DNA of 64,000 nt from Nostoc sp. DedSLP01 (GTDB lineage: Bacteria; Cyanobacteriota; Cyanobacteriia; Cyanobacteriales; Nostocaceae): assembly GCA_034530875.2 (NCBI GenBank), contig JAVRCJ020000018.1, forward strand, positions 96,001 to 160,000. The letters run 5' to 3'. This document shows positions 9,848 through 20,000 of this stretch, piece after piece; the first letter of the stretch is position 1; each line of letters opens with the position of its first letter. A program made the translations under genes and the position numbers. The notes under the pieces were generated by a model, which had not been told where the DNA came from, did no database searches, and saw nothing but the letters and a program-made list of their open reading frames with translations.

Positions 9848-10180
9848 ATGTCTACTAACACTGATTTAGTTTCTTATATTCAAGAAAGTGAATTTGAGAC
9901 TCTTTTAGCTGAAGAAAAAGTTGTTGTAGTTGACTTTACTGCTACTTGGTGCGGCCCTTGTCGCCTAATCGCTCCATTAATGGAGCAACTCGCCCAAGAA
10001 TACAAAGATCGCGTCAAAGTCGTGAAAGTAGACGTCGATAACAACAAACCGCTGTTCAAAAAATTTGGTCTTCGCAGTATTCCAGCAGTTTTAATTTTCA
10101 AAGATGCTGAGTTAGTAGAAACTATCGTCGGAGTTTCTCCTTACGAGCAATTCGCCAGTGCGGTTTCTAAACTTCTCTAG
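9848..10180 (+). CDS. Thioredoxin
   Basis: WCGPC active site, SIP cis-proline motif, 110 aa. Confidence 0.95.
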   Translation: MSTNTDLVSYIQESEFETLLAEEKVVVVDFTATWCGPCRLIAPLMEQLAQEYKDRVKVVKVDVDNNKPLFKKFGLRSIPAVLIFKDAELVETIVGVSPYEQFASAVSKLL

Positions 10181-10296
10181 CTTGTTTTTGGGGCGGTTTA
10201 TAGTTCTCCCATTCTTTTGGGAGGTACTAAACCATAATTCTATTACTCCTGAAAATTCTCCTACACATACAATCTACACAATCAGGTGTAGTAACC

Positions 10297-10833
10297 ATGA
10301 ACCCAGAAGCAAAACAAATTCTTAGCGAACTCAGGAGTGAATTTTACTGTATGTTCGCTGCTGCAATGAACACACCAGTGAGGGTAAGTAGCACATCCTA
10401 TAGTAGTAATTCTCCGATTGCATCTTGGATAGATGATAGGCAGCAACTGAATTATTTAAATATATATGCTTACACAGCACCTGACGAATTTAATCCATTG
10501 CGCCCGTTCATTCTTAGACTGGCTATTAATAAAAGTGCGATTCAATTCATGATGAAAAAAAGGCCGCCAAAATGTCAAGGAATGAACCTGATATGGGATT
10601 TTGAGTTAACTGTATTGCCAAAAGAAATTTTAGATTTTCTTCCTTGGATAGTTAGCTTAGTTGAAGCCCGCGATCGAGTTGCACCTTTGCTACTACAACC
10701 ACCACCCCATCCATTTGAATTAAAATTGCCAGATGTCGGATTATACGATCGCGCCTGGACACTTGAAGCTTGCATCCTCACAAAAATGATACAGCCAGCC
10801 AGCATTTTAGTTAATCCAGTCCAACACAACTGA
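10297..10833 (+). CDS. Hypothetical protein, 178 aa
   Basis: Long ORF with ATG start and globular-looking composition; no family recognised. Confidence 0.65.
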   Translation: MNPEAKQILSELRSEFYCMFAAAMNTPVRVSSTSYSSNSPIASWIDDRQQLNYLNIYAYTAPDEFNPLRPFILRLAINKSAIQFMMKKRPPKCQGMNLIWDFELTVLPKEILDFLPWIVSLVEARDRVAPLLLQPPPHPFELKLPDVGLYDRAWTLEACILTKMIQPASILVNPVQHN

Positions 10834-10834
10834 A

Positions 10835-11251
10835 TTATGACTGCAAGTTTTCTGTGCTTACAGTTCCATTCGTATCTACCGAGCCATTTATATCAGGACT
10901 TTGTACTACTTTGGTAAAATACTTTAAAGTTGAAGCTAAAGCTAATTGGGAAGCAACTTGATAAGCTGCCTCTTTCGGCATTTCCTTTTCTTGAGTTAAC
11001 AACTCAAAAAAGCTTTCAAAATCACGCATCACGCAATATCTGTGTAATGCAGATTTTCTTTCTATTAGATTAAACTTTTCGTCAATCTTTTCTTTTGCTT
11101 CTGTCTCTGCCTCAGCAATTGAATTGGCAAATCCGCCATTATGACATAATTCACCAAAAATTTTATAGTAATAAGCTTTTCTGCTTAATGATTCCTCTTC
11201 AATGTGAATTGAATGAAACTTGTACTCAATTTTATATTTTTTCGCTTCCAT
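10835..11251 (-). CDS. Hypothetical protein, 138 aa
   Basis: ORF convergent with 10297-10833, 1 nt between the stop codons; no family recognised. Confidence 0.6.
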   Translation of the reverse strand: MEAKKYKIEYKFHSIHIEEESLSRKAYYYKIFGELCHNGGFANSIAEAETEAKEKIDEKFNLIERKSALHRYCVMRDFESFFELLTQEKEMPKEAAYQVASQLALASTLKYFTKVVQSPDINGSVDTNGTVSTENLQS

Positions 11252-11453
11252 AATATAGATGACATCATACGAGTCACTAAAAATAATCTTGAATTTGTAG
11301 GATTTTCTGCCTCAGCACTGCAACGATAAACTTCTACCCCCGCATTGTTATGTGGGGGATTTTTGAATGCGATCGCATTCAAGTTGGAAGTCTTAATCTG
11401 CTGCGGGAATAATTATCAGAATAGACAGATATTGCAAATGCTTAAGCTGAGAC

Positions 11454-11642
11454 TCATTTGCGAAAATTTCTCTTATTTTGTCTGTGCCTAGTGACTTCTT
11501 TTCGCTTACGTTTTTGCTCTGGCGTTTCAAAATGACGATTCTTTTTCATATCTGGAAAAATACCTGCCTTAGAAACTTTTCGCTTAAAACGACGCAAAGC
11601 TGATTCAATCCCTTCATTATCCTCTACTATTATTTGGGCCAT
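11454..11642 (-). CDS. rpsU: 30S ribosomal protein S21
   Basis: [19 protein letters not shown]...[12 protein letters not shown], 62 aa. Confidence 0.95.
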   Translation of the reverse strand: MAQIIVEDNEGIESALRRFKRKVSKAGIFPDMKKNRHFETPEQKRKRKEVTRHRQNKRNFRK

Positions 11643-11660
11643 TCTATATCCTTGACTTAA

Positions 11661-11765
11661 TTATCGAAACAATCGGGTCTAAAACCGTACTTCATCCAAA
11701 GTTTTTGGAACAAGGTATAAATCCTCGTTACAAAAACGGCCTCCTCCTGCCTCCTGCCTTCGTTA
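11661..11765 (-). repeat. ~105-bp dispersed repeat, copy 1
   Basis: Near-identical in reverse complement to 33923-34031. Confidence 0.85.
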
Positions 11766-11801
11766 ATACTGGTTAGTCTTAAGCCATCCAGTAAATGTGA
11801 G

Positions 11802-11830
11802 AAAAAAAGGACAGACTCATTGTCTGTCCT
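11802..11830 (-). terminator. Intrinsic terminator between rbp and rpsU
   Basis: AGGACAGAC/GTCTGTCCT stem with an A-run on + (U-tract on the minus transcript). Confidence 0.7.
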
Positions 11831-11865
11831 GAAGACGTTAGAGTTTATATTTTTGAGTTTAAACT

Positions 11866-12165
11866 TTAGTATCGGTTGCGAGAGCCAGAATTACCTCGGT
11901 TTCCACCAAACGAACCTCTGTCTTCTCTGGGTCTAGCTTTATTCACTTTCAAGCTGCGTCCCATCCACTCAGCACCATCAAGAGCCTCAATAGCAGCATT
12001 TTCTTCTGCATCTGTACCCATTTCTACAAAAGCAAAACCACGCAAACGTCCTGTTTCCCGGTCAGTGGGTAGTGAAACCTGCTTTACAGAACCATATTCT
12101 GCAAAAACAGTATTTAAAGTCTCTTGTGTAACTTCGTATGAGAGGTTACCTACATAAAGTGACAT
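11866..12165 (-). CDS. rbp: RRM RNA-binding protein with Gly-rich tail (Rbp; rbpA-rpsU arrangement)
   Basis: LYVGNL, RGFAFVEM, tail RGSFGGNRGNSGSRNRY; lies upstream of rpsU. Confidence 0.96.
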   Translation of the reverse strand: MSLYVGNLSYEVTQETLNTVFAEYGSVKQVSLPTDRETGRLRGFAFVEMGTDAEENAAIEALDGAEWMGRSLKVNKARPREDRGSFGGNRGNSGSRNRY

Positions 12166-12289
12166 AAATTGTTTCCAAAATTAAAAGTGTGTAGAGATTT
12201 AAATTTCGGAAACAAGCCTGTCAATAACAAAGAGTAAAAGCCTGTTAATACTAAAAACAATATTTGTGTCCGATTTTTATTCTCACCTC
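12166..12289 (-). promoter_or_regulatory. Conserved rbp 5' leader with RBS-occluding hairpin
   Basis: 14-bp stem 12202-12215 with 12169-12182 (one G-U pair); loop contains TAAATCTCTACAC. Confidence 0.75.
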
Positions 12290-12429
12290 CAACCTTAACA
12301 CGATATTCACTTAACTCTACAGAATATCTTCCTAAAGTCTGAGTGACAGATTGTACAAGGGTAAGTTTTTTATTCATACCTTAATTTTAGCTTAATTTTA
12401 GGTGCGCTATTGTGAAACTGTACTGTAAA

Positions 12430-12577
12430 TACCAATCCGATTTGATTATTTGAAAAATCTAAGTATATGTAGGATGTGTTAGACGTTCCGTCAACGCACT
12501 ATCTTAAGGCTTTGATGCCTTACTCTCAGCAGTAACATACTCTACATGTTTTTCAAAAATCAAATAGGATTCCTATA
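12430..12577. repeat. MITE-like element, TATAGGA.TC..ATTTGATT end family, copy A
   Basis: TACCAATCCGATTTGATT ... AATCAAATAGGATTCCTATA. Confidence 0.65.
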
Positions 12578-13551
12578 TATTGAAATAATATTAACAAAAA
12601 ATAAATAAGTTAGATACGAGCAATAGCTCTAAAAATAAAAAACAATATTATTACAAATTGAAAAATAATTTGATTTGGTAAAAATAAATTAACAAATCTG
12701 TGCTAATCTAAAAACAGGAATCAAAAAGTATGAATGCAAAAAGGCTTCAAGACAATATTGAGGTAAACTCAATAAAGTTTTTTTGCTCTGGTAAGTCCGC
12801 TTCAATATCGTTATGCTTTTTAGTAACGATAAACAAAAGCCAGATAAGCAAGATAAACACTTTAGTAAGGGCTTGAAGTCAGTCATAGCTTGCTTAAGTA
12901 ATAGCCGGTAATGTTTGGCTATACTACTTAAATCGCCAGATAAAATTACTCTTAGAGTCGAGGAGAAAGACTCTGAGTAGATCGTTGGCAATCCAAAAGA
13001 ATTTAGAACAGTTACAGAACTTGAGACAGGCGATATTAACTATTTTTCATCGCTTTAACTATGTTCTAGGAGTTGCTAACTCTGGAAATAAAAGCTTCCA
13101 GCATTGTACATATATTTTCCCAAAATTAGGGAATTTAACTAGATTGACAAAATTTACCAATACACTGTCTAAACCATAGTATTAAAGGTTGTAAATGCAG
13201 AGATTTTTCTTGGAATCAAGAACTTATTTACCTGCATTAATAGCGAGATAATTCAGTGATTTTTTAGGAATAACTAGAAAAAAGATTCAGCAGCGATCGC
13301 TCGATATTTTATGATATCGAATGCGACAATTATGGCACAAATAACATAGGAAATTTGTAGCAACCATTAAGAGTAAATTGCAATTTTGGTTGGTTGGTTT
13401 CAGAGCAAAAACTCTGTAAAAGTTGAAATTGCTACTAAAAAACTCTGAAGGCTTGAGCAACCGATGAGCGAACTACAACAGCCTACAATACTGATGCCTT
13501 GATTGTCCCCATATCAAATCCTAGCAAAGATATGCGATCGCCAGCTCTTGA

Positions 13552-14619
<1,068 letters not shown>

Positions 14620-14690
14620 ATAATTTATAAGGATGTAATAGGGTGGGTTATTTCTCACCCTTCCTTAATTTTTGTGAGTCTTATACCATC

Positions 14691-14996
14691 TATAGGACTC
14701 ATATTTGATTTGTGAAATGATACGGCATCAGTTAACGATTTATTTCAAGCTCGGATGATTAGTTATGATTGCAGTCCTCGCGTTACCCCTCCCCAACCCT
14801 CCCCTTGCTAAGGGGAGGGTGCCGTAAGGCGGGTGGGGTGTTTCAGGATTTATAAGTAATTAAGCGAACTTGATATTAGATGCGTTAGGCTACGCCATAA
14901 CACAACGCCAGTTGCTACAACGGAGGGAACCTCCGCAACGCACTGGCTCCCCTACAGATACTTAAATTTTTTCATCAATCAAATCGGACTCCTATA
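14691..14996. repeat. MITE-like element copy B carrying nested smaller repeats
   Basis: TATAGGACTCATATTTGATT ... AATCAAATCGGACTCCTATA. Confidence 0.7.
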
Positions 14997-15072
14997 CTGT
15001 ATTTTTAGCGGCAGCGATCGCTGTAAAATGTTTGGCTTGATTAATCGAACTCAATTTAAACCACAATCCTCG

Positions 15073-15102
15073 GTAGGGGCTTTACAGCTGTAAAGCCCCT
15101 AC
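15073..15102. repeat. GTAG-type REP-like perfect palindrome
   Basis: GTAGGGGCTTTACAG-CTGTAAAGCCCCTAC, 30 bp. Confidence 0.75.
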
Positions 15103-15140
15103 AACGTGGTCTATTTACGTGAAAATTGCTCTAATAGCTA

Positions 15141-16139
15141 CTATCTGCGAAGAAATATTTGCGTTAGGTAAACTTCACCTTTACTATTGATAGCCACACC
15201 TATACCGGTGAGGTTGTAATTTCCTCGAATGTTGGCGAGATGTCCGGAACTGTTGAGCCAGCCTTGCACAGCTTGAGTCGCTGGGTCGCTATAGTTACGA
15301 TTCATCGCTACATTTTCCGCTGCACCTTGGTAGGGAATACCTATCAATTGAATCCGTTGTGAAAAACCGGTATGACCAAATGGGACATTACCATTAGCCA
15401 TATTCCGACTGTGAATTCTGGCTTGATCGTCTATAGCCGAGTTCCGAGTTAAGGCTGGTAGACTTTGGGTACTACGGAATCTGTTAATTTGCTGGTACAC
15501 AGATGCTTCTATAGCCGCAGCATTGCTTGTAGATGTTGTGGATTGGGAACCACCAGAACTACCAGAACCGCTATAACTGCCGGAACCACCAGATGTAGAA
15601 TTTTGGCCAGATGAACGCAAAAAGATTTGTGTGAGGTAGACTTCACCTCTACTATTTGCAGCTACACCAATACCAGTGAGGTTGTAATTACCTCGAATGT
15701 TGTTGAGATGTCCGGAACTGTGAAGCCAGCCTTGCACGGCTTGGGTAGCTGGATCGCTATAGTTACTATTCATGGCCACATTTTCTGCCGCCGATTGGTA
15801 GGGAATAGCGATCGCCTGAATCCGTTGTGAAAAACCGTTATGGCCAAATGGGGTCGTACCATCAGCCATATTCTGACTGTGAACTCTGGCTTGATTATTC
15901 ATTGATGAATTCCGTGTTAAGGCTGGTAAGCCTTGGGAAGCGCGGAATTGATTAATTTGCCTAAAGACAGATGCTTCTATAGCTGCCGTATCGATTGTAG
16001 ATTGTGCCAAATCGTGACTGCGAACTGCTTGGTGTGCGGAATTTGGTGTGTATGTAAAAGCCGGCGCAGAAATAGCGATCGCGCCACCAGTAACCACCAA
16101 AGTCCCTAAAATAAAGCTTTGGATTTTTGTGCGAATCAT
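15141..16139 (-). CDS. Secreted protein with two tandem CAP/SCP domains
   Basis: Signal peptide; duplicated INQFRA..GL..L / HS.NMA / AAENVA / GWL.SSGH..NI.GNYNLTGIGVA; Gly/Ser linker. Confidence 0.92.
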   Translation of the reverse strand: MIRTKIQSFILGTLVVTGGAIAISAPAFTYTPNSAHQAVRSHDLAQSTIDTAAIEASVFRQINQFRASQGLPALTRNSSMNNQARVHSQNMADGTTPFGHNGFSQRIQAIAIPYQSAAENVAMNSNYSDPATQAVQGWLHSSGHLNNIRGNYNLTGIGVAANSRGEVYLTQIFLRSSGQNSTSGGSGSYSGSGSSGGSQSTTSTSNAAAIEASVYQQINRFRSTQSLPALTRNSAIDDQARIHSRNMANGNVPFGHTGFSQRIQLIGIPYQGAAENVAMNRNYSDPATQAVQGWLNSSGHLANIRGNYNLTGIGVAINSKGEVYLTQIFLRR

Positions 16140-16650
16140 TAATAGGGAGGGTCTTTAAGACCTGGGAAAAAAACTTCCGTACATGGTAAGCAGACTCATC
16201 GTTATTAGCCAAATATGCTTTTGGGTAGCTTTTTTGTGTAAAATCTAACATTTTTGTGAAAAATAGCTAACTACCATTAAAATCGGCGAATTTTAAAATG
16301 TTTATTTTTTTAGGGAGAAATACTTAGGATACAGACAACTTCTGCCATCGCTAGCACTCTATAAATTCTAATATGAGTGAGTTTCAAGCTTTCATTGGCA
16401 GAGTTTTATTGTTAGCAAGCAATATTTCTAATTGTAAAGGTGTTGCAACATTGACTTACTATCTAGTTAAAATTTCTGAATATTTGTCCGGCTGCTTACT
16501 TAAGTAATTACGCAAAAGGTGTTTAAGCATACAGCCTGAGAGCCAAGACATAGCTGTTGGCAAGAACTTTAATTCTCGAAGAATAACTGGCTAGTATCGG
16601 AAAGCGATCGCAGATATTAGTCCAATAAGCGATCGTTTGATTCAGCAGAT

Positions 16651-16753
16651 TATAGAACGCATATTTGATTTTTGCCAAGCCAGGCACACCTTTTCCCCGT
16701 TTACTGTTGCCTCTTGCTACGAGTAATTCTCTGAATCAAATCGGATTCCGATA
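16651..16753. repeat. MITE-like element copy C
   Basis: TATAGAACGCATATTTGATT ... AATCAAATCGGATTCCGATA. Confidence 0.65.
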
Positions 16754-17021
16754 ATAACCAACAGCTCTGTGAAAAAATTGATAGAGTATCTTTAGAGTTT
16801 ATCGGGTTTCAACAAACCCTCGTTTGAAATATCAGCAATTACCGCAAAATAGCTAAAGTTAAATTGTTTTGTTTAACTTTAATTTACATAAATCAGTAGC
16901 TCGACAAAACAAATTGTAAACAATTAATGATACTTCTTAACTTTAACAAAAGTAGAAATTAGCATTAATTAATAATCTATCAGCTTAATACTTACGTGTC
17001 TTTCACGAATAGAAACTAAAT

Positions 17022-20000
17022 ATGAATATTAGCATTGCAGGTTACAACATCATCGAACTGCTTTATGACGGTACTACTACCTGCGTTTATCGAGGCTTAC
17101 GAGAATCAGACCAAAAATCTGTAATTATTAAAACTCTCAAATCTGAGTATCCGACGATAGAACAAGTATCGAGATTGCGACACGAGTATAAAATACTCCA
17201 AAATTTAGAAATAGAAGGGATTGTCAAACCCTTATCTTTGGATAATTACCAAAATGGTCTAGCATTAATTTTGTCAGACTTTGCAGGAGAAACTCTAAAA
17301 AACTTTATTATTAACAATAATTTACCATTAAACATTTTTTTAGATATTGCTATTCAATTAGCTTCTACCCTTGCTCAGTTACACCAAGCTAATATTATCC
17401 ACAAAGATATTAAACCCCACAATATTTTAATTAACCCAGATACAGGCAAAGTAAAAATTATTGATTTTAGTATTTCATCATGCCTATCTCAAGAAAACTT
17501 AAATGCGAGTAATTCTAATTTGCTAGAAGGTACCCTCGCCTATATGTCTCCAGAACAGACAGGAAGGATGAATCGTTCAATTGATTACCGCAGTGATTTT
17601 TACTCCTTAGGCGTTACTTTCTATGAAATGTTAACGGGACATCTACCTTTTCAAGCTCATGACTCATTAGAACTAGTTCATTATCACATTGCCAAAATTC
17701 CTATACCGCCTCAAGAAATTAACTCAGAAATTCCTTCAGTAGTTTCGGATATTGTGATGAAATTATTAGCCAAAACTGCTGAAGATAGATATCAAAATGC
17801 TTTGGGTTTAAAAGCCGACTTAGAACAATGCCTGCGACAACTACAAACAACTGGAAAAATTCAAAATTTTATCGTCGGTCAGCTTGATTTATATAGCCAA
17901 TTTGTCATTCCCCAAAAACTTTATGGCCGCGAGAAAGAAGTCGCCATTCTCATGAATGCCTTTGAGCGAGTAGCAAACCCCCCTATGTCCCCCCTTGCTA
18001 AGGGGGGATTAAGGGGGGTAGAGATGATGTTAGTAAGTGGGTACTCTGGTATCGGAAAATCCTGCTTAGTTAATGAAGTTCATAAACCCATAGTCCGCCA
18101 ACGAGGTTATTTTATTTCCGGTAAATTTGACCAATTTAAACGCAATATTCCATATACTTCTTTAATTCAAGCTTTTCAAGAATTGATTCGGCAGTTATTA
18201 ACAGAAAGCAGCGAACAAATAACAATTTGGCAAGCAAAACTTTTAGCTGCTTTGGGTAACAATGCTCAAGTTATTATTGATGTTATTCCCGAAGTAGAAA
18301 GAATTACCGGGTCTCAACCAGATGTTCCCCAATTAGGGCCTACTGAATCACAAAACCGATTTAATCGGCTGTTTAAGCAATTTATTCATGTATTTTGTCA
18401 GGCAGAACATCCATTGGTAGTATTTTTAGATGACTTACAGTGGGCAGATTCAGCCTCATTAAAATTAATTCAGTTGCTTGCTGGGGATGCAGATAGCCAA
18501 TATTTATTACTAATTGGTGCATATCGAGATAACGAAGTCAATGCCACTCATCCTTTGATATTAACTTTAGAGGAAATTCAAAAATCTGGTGCAGTTGTCA
18601 ACAATATTGTACTCCAGCCATTGCGAATTTCTCATGTTAACCAATTAGCGAGCGATACCCTGCATACCAGCTTAGAAAAGTCAGAGCCACTAGCCGATTT
18701 AGTTTATAACAAAACTCAAGGTAATCCTTTTTTCTTAACTCAGCTACTTAAATCTCTTTATCAAGAAAGATTGTTATTATTTAATTTCAACGAGCATTAC
18801 TGGCAGTGGGACATTCATCGTTTAGAAAATATTGATATCACCGATAATGTGGTTGAATTAATGGTCAGCCAGATTCAAAAGCTATTGCCGACTACACAGA
18901 ATGTTTTAAAGTTAGCTGCTTGTATTGGGGACAAATTTACTTTAGATATTCTCAGTATTGTTAATCAAAAATCTTTATCTGAAACTGCCAAAGATTTATG
19001 GGAGTCTTTACAGGCAGGATTAGTTCTTCCGTTAAATCAGTCTTATAAAATTCCCCTGGTATTTGATTCAGCGAATATAACGAATGTACCGGAAAATGGT
19101 CAGTCAAAGATTATCTACAAATTTTTGCATGACCGAGTGCAACAAGCCGCTTATACTTTGATTCTCCCAGAAGATAAAAAGCAAACTCACCTAAAAATTG
19201 GCGAACTATTACTCAAGCATACTCCTGAAGCCGAACTCGAAGAAAATATATTTGAAATTGTTAACCAGTTAAATGTCGGGGCCCAATTAATTAGCCAGCA
19301 ATCTCAAAAAGATGAACTCGCACAACTTAATTTAATTGCTGGTAAGAAAGCTAAAGCCGCCACAGCTTATGAAACTGCCGTTCGGTATTTATCCACAGGG
19401 CTAGAACTTCTGTCTGATGATAGCTGGGATCGTAAATATAATTTGACATTAGATTTGTATGTGGAAGCAACAGGAGCCGAGTATTTAAATCTCAATGTCG
19501 AACGAGCAACAAATCTGGCGGAAGTAGTTCTTAAACAGGCGAAAAGTCTGCTAGATAAAGTCAAAATTTATGAACTACAAATGCTGTTTTATATCCAGAG
19601 AAACCAGATGAAAACTGCCTTGGAAACTGGGCTAAAAGTTCTGGATATGATGGGTGTAACTCTGGCAACTGTTCCGCCTGAAAAGATGGATGTAGAGGAG
19701 TTGGCGAACCGACCAGAAATGACTAATGCAGAGCATTTAGCAATCATGCGGATTTTGGTTAGCTGTGCGGCTCCCGCTTATGCAACTACGCCAGAAGTAT
19801 TTCCGAGTATTGCTTTTACGCTTGTTAACCAAAGCGTCGAACGTGGTAATACATCACTCTCAGCATTTGGATATGCTCTTTATGGTTTAATTCTCTGCGC
19901 CTTGTTAGGAGATATTGAAACAGGATATCGTTATGGCAAACTCGGTTTAAAGTTGTTAGAGCAATTTAATGCCAAACAATTAAAAGCGGCTGTTCACAAT

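Noticed and set aside
10835..11251. HicB-like antitoxin suggested by GGFANSIAEAETEAKEKI
   Set aside because: Weak resemblance and no HicA-like partner; left as hypothetical.
12689..13179. Two ORFs (100 aa and 64 aa) upstream of nifH
   Set aside because: AT-rich, no recognisable motifs; probably non-coding regulatory region.
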